Counted from the stretch's first letter, positions 10,165 to 23,984 are shown. The stretch is DNA of 64,000 nt from Squalus acanthias (GCA_030390025.1 JASTWF010000033.1:4900001-4964000); one strand, 5' to 3'. Made by a program: numbers and translations. The notes: generated from the sequence alone by a model not told the origin.

Positions 10165-12312
10165 TTAAGAGAGCATACGGAATGCTTGCCTTTATTAGCC
10201 GTGGTATAGAATACAAGAGCAGTGGGGTTATGCGTCAACTGTATAAAACACTAGTTAGGCCTCAGCTGGAGTACTGCGTGCAGTTCTAGTCACCACATTA
10301 CAGGAAAGATTTGATTGCACTAGAGAGGGTACAGAGCAGATTTACAAGGATGTTGCCGGGTAGAGAATCTTAGTTATGAGGAAAGACTGGATAGGCTGGC
10401 TCTGTTTTCCTTAGAACAGAGGAGGCTGAGGGGAGACCATATTGACGTGTATAACATAATGAGGGGCCGAGATAAAGTGTATAGAAATACCTATTTCCCT
10501 TAGCGGAGGTGTCATAAACGAGGGGGCACAGATTTAAAGTAATTGTTGGAAGATTAGAGGGGGTTTGACGGGAAATCTCATCACCCAGATGGTTGTTCAG
10601 GTGTGAGAACTCACTGCCTGAAAGGGTGGCAGAGTCAGGAACACTAACCACATTTAAAAAGTTCTTGGATGTGCACTTGGGATGCTCTAACCTGCAGTGC
10701 TATGGACCAAGAGCTGAGATGTCGGATTAGGTTGGATAGCTCTTTGTTGGCCGGCGCGGACATGATGGGCTGAAATGGCCTCCTTCCGTGCTGTGTCGTT
10801 CTATGAGTCTATGATTCTATTTGTCTGTCGTTCTATAGTCTGAACAAGCCCCAGAAATATAGATTTCCTCTTAAAAGTTTAGTGGAGTGTTAGTAGAAAC
10901 AAGAACTCTAAACTGATGTATGAAAATGTAGGAAGCTACTTTAGGAGAAACCATTATTTGTATATTGAGAAAGACGAACAAAATACTTTGATTAAACTGA
11001 TAATGTACAATTTAGAATTAGTTTAAATGTTTGAATAAGAAGATTAAAAATTGAGAGCACAGTGAAGTTTGTTTCCAGCTATTTAATTGGGAAGTACCTA
11101 AAATAATTCAACACTTTTCGTGATAAGAGCAGGGATTAATATTGTGGAGAATGTTTGAGAGAAAAAACATTGGAAGCAAAATTTGTAAATTTACATGTTT
11201 ACGTCAACATATTAGTAAATCCTTCCAAGTCAGTCTGATTGTTCTCTTGTCCAGGCAGAATGATGAATATTTATTTGTGTTAAATCATAGCTTTTCCTGC
11301 TGTTTGTTTTTAATTCAGTGTGTTTTTCTGCACGTGTTACATGGGGGGTGTGTGCTGTTTCAACAAGACCACATTTATTAATGGAAGTGATTGATGTTGG
11401 AAATACGTTCAATTTGTTCAATTATTTTCAATACTGTGAACTAAAGAACTACAACACTTTATATTTGTTGGTTGTCTTGGTGCATTGTGATTAATATTCT
11501 AATGACATAGCTGGACGTAAAGCACGTCAGCGCCATAGGAAAAGCCGCTGCTCCTGCTGCTTGTGCAGCCATTTCTATAGTGACATGAGGGATGGGCTAA
11601 TACGTTGAAAACCTTAAAATTAATACAAATTGCACGAATAGATCTGCCTCATTCAGATCACCTTGGGCTTTTGGATTGTTTGTCGATGTGTAACTGAGTG
11701 ACGTTTCTGAATGTTAATTCATTATTCTGCAGTTCTTATTTATCCCAGTAATTTCTGACAAGGATGTATTTAAATAGAGTTTGTACATGACCAACTGAAA
11801 GCTTTTAATTAATTCTACCATAAACAAACTTGCAGAATGGGCTGCAAATGACAAATTAATTTCAATATGGGTTAGTGTGAGGTGATGCATTTTGGTGGCA
11901 AGAATAAGGACTCCAGCTACTCCTTGGAAAATAAGTGTCTAAATGGGGCAGAGGTGCAAGGGATCTAGGGGTATAGATTCACAAATCATCAGAAGTAGCA
12001 ACTAAGGTTAAAAAGCCATAAAAGTGCAAATAAAGCACGGGGTAATTTATAGAGGAACGTATTTCAAAAGCAGGGAAGTAATGTTAAACATGCAGAACCT
12101 TGTATGATTGTCTCATGATTTGAGACGGTGGGGTGACAATATCTTATTACTGTATATATGATTTTAACTGGTTGCTGTTGCTGCCGTTGTTGTAAAAGTT
12201 GCTTTTCTAAAAGTTGTTCCAAAATTTGTTGTTGTAAAACTTGCCCGCGGACGAAAATGTCGCTCAAAGGAGTTCGTGGCAGCTCAGAACAAAAACATTC
12301 GGGGGAACAGTG

Positions 12313-12702
12313 GTGGGGAGGAGCTGAGGATATTAGGTGGGGTGGGGATGAGCTGAGGATATTAGGTGGGTTCAGGAGGAGCTGAGGATATTAGGTGGGG
12401 TGGGGAGGAGCTGAGGATATTAGGTGGGGTGGGGAGGAGCTGAGGATATTAGGTGGGGTGGGGAAGGGGCTGAGGATATTAGGTGGGTTGGGGAGGAGCT
12501 GAGGATATTAGGTGGGGTGGGGAGGAGCTGAGGATATTAGGTGGGGTGGGGAGGAGCTGAGGATATTAGTTGAGGTGAGTTGGAGCTGAGGATATTAGAT
12601 GTGGTGTGGAGGACTGAGGATATTAGGGGGTGTGGGTAGGAGCTGAGGATATTAGGTGGGGTGGGGAGAAGCTGAAGATATTAGGTAGGGTGGGGAGGAG
12701 TT
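12313..12702. repeat. 29-bp G-rich minisatellite
   Basis: Unit GAGGAGCTGAGGATATTAGGTGGGGTGGG, about 13 copies; paralog at 60469-60822. Confidence 0.9.
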
Positions 12703-14151
12703 TAGAATGTTCGATGCATAAATAGATATCGAAAGTCTCAAAGTGAGGCTGAAGCAAACAGGAGAGCAGTTCTGTTACTTGAAATAAATGATATCCTAAC
12801 CAACTTCTTCGAAAAGCAATTGTACAAAGTGACAAGCCAGGAGTTTACTCTGCAATACATACTTAGATTTTCTGATAAAATTCCAAAACCACAAACAGTT
12901 TTAGATGGCTTCCTTTATTAATTATTATTCTTTTTTGTTCAATACACTGATGAGTTCCATCAAATATTGAAGAGACATTTCTCTACATCACATCTCACAA
13001 TAGACATTAGAGAATCTGCAGACAGCGCATTTAAGTGGCAAATGAAGTTTAACATCGATGAATGCGAGGTGATGCACTTTGGTAGGAAAATAGCAACGTC
13101 ATGAGGGTAGTGCGGTTGATGTTGTGTTTATGGACTTTCAAAAGGCGTTTGACAAAAACCACATGATATACGTGATCATAATATTGTAGCCCATGGGATT
13201 ATTGGGACAGGGCAGCATGGATACCAAATTGGCTGAGGGTCAGAAAGCAGAGAGTAGTGGTGACGGGTTGTTTTTCACACTGGAGTGAAGTATACAGAGG
13301 TGTTCCTCAGGGGTCGCAATTCGGACCAGTGCTCTCTTTGATATATTTTAACGACCCAGAGTTGTGTATGCAGGGCATCGAAACTCGGAAATGTAGTACA
13401 CAATAAGGAGGATAGTAAAAGATTTGAGGAGGACGTAGACTGACTGGTCAAGAAGAGATCATAAGATATAAGAGCAGGGGTTGGCCATTCGGCCCTTCGA
13501 TCCTGCTCCACCATTCAATACGATCATGACTGACCTTCGGTTAAATGTCATTCATACAACACCTTCCAACTGACCCTCATTCCTGCCTATAAAGTTATCT
13601 CCTTACTCAGTTTATTGGCACATTTTGCATTAAAACAATAAAATATCATTGGAGCGGAAAGGAAGACCCTAAATGCCAAAATAATTTGGCTGTGTCTTTA
13701 CTCTTATAAACTGTTCCTCAGGCTGGAGGGTCTGAGAGCTTCATAGAAGTCCCTGACATGATCCTACACTTCTCTGATGGCGTTGCTTTCCGAATCCAGT
13801 TCATTTGCTGACAGCATAACCCGAACTCTGATTCAATTCGGAAGACACTTCACAGATTCCATTTAACACAGAGAATTGTGAAGTGAAAAATGAGAAGGGG
13901 CAATGTGAACTAAATGGTACCATTTGAAAGGAAGTGAAGAACAGAGGGACCAATGCATGTATGTACCCTAATCGTTGAAGACGGCTGGGTAATTTGAGAA
14001 GTATGTTAATAAAGCATACGGGATCCTTCGCTTTATTAATAAGCAGCAGAGTACACAAGCAAGGAAGTTATGTGAAAACTTTATAAAGCACTGATTAGGC
14101 TGCAGGTCGAGTACTGTGTCCAATTCTGGGCACCACACTTTAGGAAAATGT

Positions 14152-14578
14152 TAACATAGAATCTAGGAGCAGGAGTAGGCCATTCGGCCCGTCGAGCCTG
14201 CTCCACCATTCAATACGATCATGGCTGATCATTCAAATCCAGTACCCTGTCCCTGCTTTAATCCCCACAGTACACATATCCCACCCTACCCCCGTAACCC
14301 CACGTATTTAATTCCCCCTAACATATCCCATCCTATCCCCATAACCCCACATCTTTATTCCCCCCCTAACACTAAGGGTCAATTTATCATAGCCAAATCA
14401 ACCTAACCCGCACATTTTTGGACTGTGGGAGGAAACCGGAGCACCCGGAGGAAACCCACGCAGACACGGGGAGAATGTGCAAACTCCACACAGACAGTCA
14501 CCCGAGGTCAGATTCGAACCTGGGTCACTGGCGCTGTGAGGCACCAGTACTAACCACTATGCCACCGTGTTGCCACCG
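14152..14578 (-). mobile_element. HE1-like V-SINE with CR1 tail
   Basis: Same structure as 1-372. Absent from the paralogous site at about 62268, where GGAAAATGTCAAAGCC is uninterrupted. Confidence 0.85.
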
Positions 14579-14610
14579 TCAAAGCCTTGGAGTGTGTGCA
14601 GAAGAGATTT

Positions 14611-17108
14611 GGCAGTCATCATGGGTGACTTTAATCTACATATAGATTGGGCTAACAAAATTAGAAACAATACTGTGGAGGAGGAATTCCTGGAGTGTTT
14701 ACGGGATGGTTTCCTGGAGCAATATGTCGAACAACCAACCAGAGAGCAGGCAATCTTAGACTGGGTATTATGTAATGAGAAAGAATTAAGTTGCAATCTT
14801 GTTGTGCGAGGTCTCTTGTGTCGGAGCGATCATAATATGATAGAATTCTTCATTAAGATGGAGAGTGAAGTAGCTGACTGAGACACCAGAGCCCTGAATT
14901 TAAATAAAGGAAACTACGATGGTATGAGGTGCGAGTTGGGTAGGATTGTTTGGGGAATGTCACTCAAAGGGTTGACGGTGGATAGGCAATGGCAAACATT
15001 CAAAGATCGCATGGATAAACTACAGAATTTGTTCATCCCAGTTTGGCACAAGAATAAAACAAAAAAGGTGACTCAACCGTGGCTAACAAGGGAAATTAGG
15101 GAAAGCATAAGATCCAAGGAGAGGACATATAAATTGGCCAGAGAAAGCAGTAAACCTGAGGATTGAGAGCAGTTTAGGATTCAACAAAGGAGGACAAAGG
15201 GATTAATTAAGAAGGGGAAAATAGAATATGAGAGGAAGCTTACAGGGAACATAAAAACTGACTGTAAAAGCTTTTATATATATGTGAAGAGAAAAAGATT
15301 GGTGAAGTCAAGCATAGGTCCCTTGCAGTCAGAATCAGGGGAACTTATAATGGGAAACAAAGAAAGAATACATATTTTGGTTCTATCTTCACAAAGGAGG
15401 ACACAAATAACCTCCCAGAGATGTCGGGGAAAATAGAGTCTGATGAAAGGGAGGAACTGAAAGAAATCAGTATTTGTAGGGAAATGGTGTTCCGGAAATT
15501 GGCGGGATTGAAGGCCGATAAATCCCCAGGGCCTGATAATCTACATCCTAGGGTACTTAAGAAAGTGGCCCTAGAAATAGTAGATGCATTGCTGATCATC
15601 TTCCAACATTCGATGGAATCTGGAACAATACCCATGGATTGGAGGGTAGCTATTTTACCCCACAATTCAAAAAAGGTGGTAGAGAAAAAACGGGGAATTA
15701 TCGACCGGTAAGCCTGACATCGATAGTGGTGGAAATGCTAGACTCCATTATAAAAGATGAAAAAGCAGAGCACTTGGAAAACAGTGACAGGATCGGGAAA
15801 GTCAACATGGATTTACAAAAGTTAAATCGTGCTTGACTAATCTACTGGAATTTTTTGAGAATGTAACTGGTAAAATAGATAAGGGAGAACCAGTGGATGT
15901 GGTGTATTTGGACTTTCAAAAGGCTATCGATAAGGTCCCGCATAAGAGATTAGCCTGTAAATTTAAGGCACATGGGATTAGGGGCAAGGTATTGACTTGG
16001 ATAGAGAACTGGCTGGCAGACATTAAGCAAAGAGTTGGAATAAACGGGTCTTTTTCCGAGTGGCAGGCTGTGACTCGTGGGGTACCGCAGGGATGGGTCC
16101 TTGGACCCCAGCTATTCACAATATATATTAATGATCTAGACAAGGGAACTAGATGTAATATCTCCAAGATTGCAGACGACACAAAGATGTGTTGGCGTGT
16201 GTGCTGTGAGGAGGATGCCGAGAAATCCAGGATGATTTGGATAGGTTGGGTGATTAGGCAGAAGCATGGCAGATGCAATATAACGTGGATAAATGCGAGG
16301 TTATTCACTTTGGTGTCAAAAACAGGAAGGCAGATTATTATCTGAATGGCAATAGATTGGCAGGAGGGGAAGTGCAACGAGACCTGGTTGTCATTGTGCA
16401 CAAGTCGCTGAAAGTAAGCATGCAGGTGCAGCAGGCGTTTAAGAAGGCAAATGGCATGTTGGCCTTCGTAGCGAGAGGGTTTGAGTACAAGAACAAAGAT
16501 GTCTTGCTGCAGTTGTACAGGGCCTTGGTGAGACCACATCTTGAGTATTGTGTGCAGTTTTGGTGGCCTTATCTGAGGAAGGATGTTCTTGCCATAGAGG
16601 GAGTTCAGCGAAGATTCACCAGAATGATACCTGGGATGGCAAGAATGACGTATGAAGAGAAATTGGGTCGATTGGGCTAATACTCGCTGGAGTTCAGAAG
16701 AATGAGAGAGGATCTCATTGAAACTTATAAAATTTTGAAAGGACTGGACAGACTAGATGCAGGAAGGATGTTTCCGATGGTCGGGGAGTCCAGAACCAGG
16801 GGTCACAGTCTAAGGATGAGTGGTAAGCCATTTAGGACATAAATGAGGAGGAATTTCTTCACCCAAAGAGTGATGAACATGTGGAACTCTGCACCACAGA
16901 CGGCAGGAAAGGCCAATTCATTAAATATATTCAAGAAGGAGTTGGATATATTTGTTAAGTCTAAAGGGATCAAGGGATATGGGGAGAAAGCAGGGACCGG
17001 GTTCTGAATTTGAATGATCATCCATGATCTCATTGAATGGTGGAGCAGGCTAGATGGGCCGAATGGCCTACTCCTGCTCCTATCTTCTATGTTTCTATGT
17101 TTCTATGT
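14611..17108 (+). mobile_element. 5'-truncated CR1 LINE (degraded ORF2) inserted in an older CR1
   Basis: EN and RT fragments (MGDFN, SDH, GVPQG, IADD, RPHLEYC) and a (TTTCTATG)n tail. The older CR1 resumes at 17109; the empty site is near 62297. Confidence 0.88.
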
Positions 17109-18890
17109 ATTTACTAGAATGGTACCAAGGATAAGCAACTTCAGTTATGTGGAGAGACTGGAGAAGCTGGGGTTGTTCTGATTAGAGCAGCGAAGGTTAA
17201 GAGGAGATTTGATAGAGGTGTTCAAAAGCCTAAATAGATTTAATACAGTAATTAAGGAGCAAATGTTCCCAGTGGCAGTGGGGTTGGTAACCAGAGGACA
17301 CAGATTTAATGTGATTGGCAAAAGAACCAGAGACAACATGAGGAGGATTTCGTTTTACACAGCGAGTTGTGATCTGGAATGCATTGCCTGAAAGGGTGGT
17401 GGAACCTCGTTCAATAGTAACTTTCAACGGGGATTTGGGAAAAAATACTTCAAGTAAAAACATACAGGGGAAAGTGCAGAGGAGTGGAATTAATTGGATA
17501 GCTCCACCAAAGAGCCGGCACAGGTACGGTGGGCCGAATGGCCTCCTTCTGTGCTGTATCATTCCATGATTCTATAATCACCGAGACCTTAGAAAATAAG
17601 AAACTGAACGTGGCAGAAGAGCAAAGGGTTTTAGGGCTACAGGTGACAAAATAATTAAAAGCAGTATCACAGGAGAGCAAAGCAAATAAAATGCTAACAG
17701 GGAATTGGGGTTTATTTCTAAGGCGATACAGTTCAAAAGAAGTGAAGTTGGCCAATGGTGGAAAGGGGCGTTTCACAAGGATCGGCGCTGGGAACACTTT
17801 TGTTCACCATTTACTTAAATAATGAAGACTCAGGAATCAGAAGTGCAATTTCAAACATTATGGATGCCACCCAAATGGAGGTTTATACTTAATACAGAGG
17901 CGGACTGCGACAAAATACAGGAAGACGTGATTAAACTGGCAAAATGGGCGTGTAACTGGCAAATGAACCTCATATAGAGAAATGTAGGTAGTGCATTTTA
18001 AGAGGAAGAACACGGGGGTCACATACTCCTTGGAAAATAAGTTCTAAACGGGGTTGAGGGACAGAGGGATGTGAGGATTTGGTTACATAAATCACTAAAA
18101 GTTGCAATGCAGGTTGATAAGGCCATAAAAACAAAGAAAGCACTGGGGTTCATTTCTAGAGGGATGGAGTTGTAAAGCACAGAAGTTATGTTAAACTTGT
18201 ATGGAAATTTGGTCAGACCACACTTGGAGTACTGTGAACATGGTAGCAATCTTATAAAAAGGACATAGAGGGACTGGTGAAGGTACAAATAGTATTTACT
18301 AGAATGATACAAGAACTGAGACGTTATACCTGTCAGGAAAGACTGAACAGGTTGGGGCTCTTTTCTTTAGAAAAGAGAAGATTGACTGATGATCAGTTAG
18401 AGTTGATTACGATTTTCAAAGTGTTCGATAGGGTAGATTAGAGAATATGTTTCCACTTTCAGGAGAGATCCAGAACTCCGTGCCATAGATTTAAGATATT
18501 CATTAATAAATCTAATAGGGAATTCAGGAGAAATCTTTTTGCCAAATCAGTTGTCAGGATGTGGAACTCGCTACCACAAGGAGCAGTCGATGCGAATAGC
18601 ATAGACACATTTTAAGAAGAGCGAGATAAGCACATGAGGGGCAAAGGAATATAACGTTATATTGACTGGGCTAGGAGAAGGAGGGTGGGTGAAGCCTCGT
18701 TTGCTGCATGGACACCAACATGGACATTTTGGGTCGAACGATCTGTCTCTGTGCTGTAAATAATTTGTAAATTGTATTCAACTTGTATAGGACCGGGGTA
18801 AGGTCACACTTAGAGAACTGTGCAGAGTTATGGTCTCCATAAAATAAAAAGGACATAGAAGTACTGGAGAAAGTGCAAAAAAATACTTAC
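17109..18890 (+). mobile_element. Several old, degraded CR1 3' fragments
   Basis: Recurrent decayed RT C-terminal and 3'-UTR motifs (CCACACTTGGAGTACTGTG, GGGCCGAATGGCCT). Confidence 0.7.
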
Positions 18891-18894
18891 AACA

Positions 18895-19675
18895 TCAACT
18901 TCTTGTATTTATATAGCGCCTTTAACATAGTAAAATGACCCAAGCAATTCACAGGAGCGTTACTGAACAAAACCTGACTTCGAGCCACATAGTATCAGGA
19001 AAGATGACGAAAAGCTTCGTCAAATATGTAAATTTTAAGCAGCATCTTGAAGGAGGAGGGAGATTTAGAGAAGCAGAGAGGTTTAGGGAGGGGATTCCAG
19101 AGCTTAGGGACCAGACAGCTGAAAGCACAGCCGTCCATGGCTGAGCGGTTAAAATCGGGGATGTGCAAGAGGCCAGAATTTGAGTAACACAGAGAACTCG
19201 GGATTGTTGAGGGGCTGGTGGAGCTTGCAGAGGTAGGGATTTGAAACAAAGGATGATTATGTTAAAATGGAGGCATTGCCGGAAGGGGAGTAACTCTAGG
19301 TCAGCGAACACAGGGTTGGTGGTTTACCGGGATTTGGTGTTGGTTAGGTTACGGGCAGCAGAGCTTTGGATGAGCTCAAGTTATGGAGGGTGGGAGATGG
19401 GAAGCCGGCCAGGAGAGAGTTGGTGTTATCAAGTCTAGAGCTACCAAAGCCATGGATGATGGTTTGAGAATCAGATGAGCTGAGGCAGGGGCGAAGTTCG
19501 GCGATGTTACGGAGGTGGAAGTAAGCCGTCCTGGTGATGGAGTGAATATCCGGTCGGAAGATCATCCCGTGGTTAAATACGACACCAAGGTTGCAAACAG
19601 CAAACTGGTGCTAAGGAGAGGGATGGAGTCGGCGGCTTGGCAACGGAGTTTGTGAAGGGGGCCAATAGCTTCGGT
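18895..19675 (-). mobile_element. L2-clade LINE 3' fragment
   Basis: AYFHLRNIA..RPCL, SRLDN.NSLLAG and LWNPLP motifs; 3' end GGCGCTATATAAATACAAG. Confidence 0.75.
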
Positions 19676-20424
19676 CTCACACATATTTAGTTGGATGGCA
19701 CCAGAATTGAAAGATTGCAGCTATCGAGAAAGATTGAAGAGGTTGGGCCTTTCTGCTAGAGAAGAGAGAGGACTGTGATGAGGGCTGATAGAGATCTTGA
19801 AAATTATTAATGGGTTGGACAGGGTAGATGTGGAGAGAATGTTTACACTTGTGGGTGAATGCAACACTTGGCGTCATAAATACAAGATATTTACTAATAA
19901 ATTCAATTGGGAAATAAGGAGCAATTTCTTCACTCAGAGAGTGGTTAGAATGTGGACCTCACTACCACAGGAAGTGGTTGTGGAAAATAGCTTAGATTCT
20001 TTCAGAATGCAACTAGACGAGTAAATGAGAGAAAAGGGAATAGAAAGATATTCTGAGAGCTGAGATGAGGTAGATGCAATGAGAGGAGACTGGTGTGGAG
20101 CAAAAACGCCAGCACAGACTGATTGGGCCGAATGGCCTGTTTGTGTGCTGTATATTCCATGTGATATAATCCTCTGAACTGCAGCTCCGCTCTGTCTGCC
20201 CACCTATTGACGAGGCTCTTAATCTGGAAGCGACGAATGAATTGCTGCCCTCAATCCCTGAAGGGACTCTATACAGAAGAGCTCAGAGTGAAAGCAGCAA
20301 ACTAGTGGTCCTGTCCCGAAAGACAATGTGGGAAATGTCAGTCAGAAACAGTGCCGAGTCCTAAACACAGTGCTCGCCCCGCCGCTGGCTGTATGTTCAG
20401 ATCTCCAGCAATTGCTGGTGTAAT

Positions 20425-21410
20425 TCAGTGGGTGGCAGTCTGGGGCTGAATATTACATACCGTGGCTGGAAACACTGGGAGCCGCCTCTGGGCTGCGCTC
20501 AGTTGTTTCTGATTATTAATGAATTGAATAATTGCGGTAAGTGGATATTTCACCGCCCTCTTCACCTGCTCTCTGAACTTGGACTGGGTCACCCCATAAA
20601 TAAATGTGTTTGTGCAGCAACTTAAATTCACCAGCATAAATCCGACTCGTTGAAAGATAAATAAAGAACCAGTGTAATATTTGGGATTTGTTCCTGCAAT
20701 GTTATAATATAAGAAATTTATAACATAGACCAGCCACAGCAGTATGAAGCTGCCGGATATGGTGAAGAGTAAAATCACAGACTTCCTTCTGCTCTCCATC
20801 TCTGGGTCTCTGCCATTCTCTCCCTTGCTCTCACCCCTCAGTCCCTTACGGACCCGACTGGCCACTAAAATGTGTCTGACTGTCAGAGCGTTGAGCAACA
20901 GAATTAAAGCGAATGGGAGCAATGGGGTTAAAACCGAATCAAACCAGTCAAATCCCACCCAGCCGGGCTCAGTATAATAGTTTGGGATTGTGACACAGAA
21001 CCACGGCACATTGTCGATTATCCTCCTGGGTTGAAATGTAAAGTAGAAGGGAACGTTTCTTAAAAAGAGCAGAATGCCGGTTGTTGCCAGAACCACAGCC
21101 GCAGTTTTCTTGGTGCAATATTTAGTTTTCAGCTTCTGGCAACAAATGGCCACAAATCGATCAAAGGTGAAAGTGACGGTGAACCAGACAGAACAGTCTG
21201 TGGCTGCAGCGGTCAGGACAAAGATCACACTACACACAGGGGTGATGTGCAGGAAAGACCATGGGAAATAATGCCATCTCATCCTCCGCAGTATGACCTC
21301 AGTGACAATGAACAGGAGATCCGCCGCTGCCATGGCCACCAGGTAGCGAGTGGTGCAGGTGGAGAGCCCGCACTTTCCCCGGGACAGGATCACAATTGCC
21401 AGCAAATTCA
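20425..21410 (-). CDS. Exon 2 of a class A orphan GPCR, GPR139/GPR142-like
   Basis: Open 986 bp with TM motifs NLLAIVIL, LVAMAAADLL, TFDRF, PLLPF..ILLLN, FILLW and NTFIY. Preceded by a strong acceptor TCTCTTTTCCCTTCTGTGTTTTACAG. Confidence 0.92.
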
Positions 21411-21486
21411 CTGTAAAACACAGAAGGGAAAAGAGACTGGAAATTACTGATCACACATTCGCCGTGTCTGATCCCAGACAGTAAGG

Positions 21487-21915
21487 GCTGGATTTTAACA
21501 CCCCAAAAAACCGGCGGGTTGGGGTCGGGTCGGAGGTGAAAATTTTAAAGACTTTCACGACACTAACCCGCCTCCAACCCGCCCGCTTCCGAGTTTAACC
21601 CCCGGGACCGGTCAAACCCCAGAGTCCGTGACCGGACACACCGCGGGATCAGACGCCCCATCCAACCTAGTTTCTTCTATTGGACCGACCTGGTTCTGCT
21701 CCGGAGTCTCCCCACCCCATCCGACTGGAAGCCCGACTCTCCATTAGGCTGAATTCCGGGGTGGGGAACCAGTCAAGGACAAAGGACGTACGCTGTGGAG
21801 TTAAGACCCTCCAACGTCCGGGAATACCTGGACTTCCTGTTATCCTGTCTGATATTACGCATCCACCCCGTACGCTCCGGCCATCTTACATGACCCGCCT
21901 TTGTTAATATCCAGG
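21487..21915. mobile_element. Possible MITE (non-autonomous DNA transposon)
   Basis: CpG-rich island bounded by imperfect inverted termini CTGGATTTTAAC / GTTAATATCCAG; TSD not clear. Confidence 0.45.
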
Positions 21916-21957
21916 AAGTATATGAAACAATCCAAAATACTGAGACTGCTGTAAATC

Positions 21958-23975
21958 AGATAAGAACATAAGAAATAGGAGCAGGAGAAGGCCATTCGGC
22001 CCATCGAGCCTGCTCCGCCATTCAATGAGATCATGGCTGATCTTCTGCCTCAACTCCATTCACCGGCCATATCGCCATATCCCTTGATTCCCCTACTTGT
22101 CAGAAATCTATCGACTTCTGTTTTGAATAAAAAACATTGACTGAACGTCCACAGTCCTCTGGGGTAGAGAATTCTAAAGATTCACCACCCTCTGTGTGAA
22201 GAAATTTCTTCTCAACCCATTTCTGAATGACCTACCCTTTATCCTAAGGCTGTGGCCCCTGGTTCTAGACTCCCCAGCCAAGGGAAACATTCTCCTAGCA
22301 TCCACCCTATCAAGCCCTGTAATAATTTTGTATGCTTCAATGAAATCCCATCTCATTCTTCTGAATTCAAGAAAATACAGGCCTAGTTTCCTCGATCTCT
22401 TCTCATACGACAGTTCCGCCATCCCAGGAATCAATTTCGTGAACCTTCGTTGCACTCCCTCTATTGCAAGTATATCCTTCCTTATGTAAGGAGACCACAA
22501 TTGTACACAGTACTCCAGGTGTGGTCTCACCAAGACCCTATATAATTGGAGGAAGACTTCTTTACTCCTGTACTCAAATCCTCTTGTAATGAAGGCCAGC
22601 ATACCATTTGCCTTCCTAATGGCTTTCTGCACCTGGACATTGACTTTCAGTGACACATGTACAAGGACACCGAGGTCCCTTTGAGCATCTGCATTCCCCA
22701 ATCTTTCACCATTTAGGAAATAGTCTGCCTTTCTGTGTTTTCTATCAAAGTGGATTACTTCACATTTATCCACATTTTATTCCATCTGCCATGTTCTCGC
22801 CCACTCACTGAGCCTGTAGAGATGCACTTGTAGCCTCTTCACATCAACTGACACTGCCACCTAGCTTTGTGTCGTCAGTATATTTGGAAATGTTACATTT
22901 AATTCCCTCATCCAAATCATTGATATAGATTGTGAATAGCTGGGGCCCAATCACCGATCCTTGGGGTACCCCATTAGTCACAGCCTGCCAATCTGAAAAA
23001 GACTAGTTTATCTCTCCTATTTGTTTTCTGTCTATTAACCAATTCTCAATCCATGCTAGTATATTACCCCTAATTCCCTGTGCCCTAATTTTGTTCAACA
23101 ACCTCTTGTGTGGGACCTTATCGAAGGCCTGCTGAAAATCGAAATACAGCACATCTACAGGTTCCCCTTTGTCTACTCCACTCGTTACATCCTCAAAGAA
23201 CTCCAATATGTTTGTCAAACAGGACTTCCCTTTCACAAATCAATGTTGACTCTGCCCAATCTTAATATTAGTTTCTAAGTGCCCAGTTATTGCATCCTTT
23301 ATAATACATTCCAGTATTTTCCCAACTACTGATGTGATGCTAACAGGTCTGTAGTTCACCGGTTTCTCTCTCCTTCCTTTTTTAAATAGCGTGGTTACAT
23401 TTTCTATCCTCCAATATGCAGGAACCGTTCCAGAATCTATAGAATTTTGGAAGATGACAATCAATGCGTCCAATATCCCAATGGCCACCTCTTTCAAAAC
23501 CCTGGGATGCAGGTCATCCAGTCCTTGAGATTTATCGACTTTTAGTCCCATTAATTTTGCTAGTACTGTTTTTTTACTAATAATAATTTATTCAAGTTCC
23601 TCATTCTCGCCACACCCTCGGTTTTCTCGTATTTCTGGGAGGTTTTTTGTGTCTTACTCCGTGAAGCCAGAAACAAAGTATTTATATAATTTTTAACCCA
23701 TTTCCTCATTCCCCATTATAAATGCTCCCGTCTCTGACTGTAAAGGACCTACATTTGCCTTCGCCAGTCTTTTCCTGTTCACATACCTATAGACGCTTTT
23801 ACAATCCGTGTTTATATTTTTTGCTAGTTGGTGCTCATATTCCATTTTCCCTTTCTTTATCAATTTCTTGGTCCCCCTTTTCTGATTTCTAAAGAGATCC
23901 CAATCCTCAGGCTGACTGTTTTTTTTCTGGCAACTTTATAAGCTTCCACTTTTGACTCAATACTAGCTTTAATTT
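21958..23975 (-). mobile_element. 5'-truncated degraded CR1 LINE
   Basis: RT ORF pieces 23240-23551, 23003-23236 and 22174-22773; tail at about 21960. Confidence 0.85.
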
Positions 23976-23984
23976 ATTAAAAAA

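Larger units (their letters stand above)
5798..10819 (+). mobile_element. 5'-truncated CR1 (5798-6023 + 10165-10819) split by a younger CR1
   Basis: RT sequence is continuous across the insert (AAGGTGGTTAAGA|GAGCATACGG) and ends in a CTATGA-type tail. It is absent from the paralogous site near 58910. Confidence 0.85.

Noticed and set aside
10165..10216. N-terminus of the 320-aa ORF 9254-10216
   Set aside because: The first about 17 codons come from the antisense strand of the host CR1 beyond the TSD; this is a chance fusion.
11259..11340. C/D-box snoRNA suggested by ATGATGA
   Set aside because: No box D (CTGA) or terminal stem at a suitable distance.
12064..12385. Poly-Q and Cys-rich short ORFs (also 60233-60421)
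   Set aside because: They arise from a (TTG/CTG)-rich low-complexity tract, with no gene context.
20425..21411. Single-exon GPCR starting at GTG 21411
   Set aside because: The G belongs to the AG splice acceptor and TM1 is incomplete without the exon at 44291-44357.
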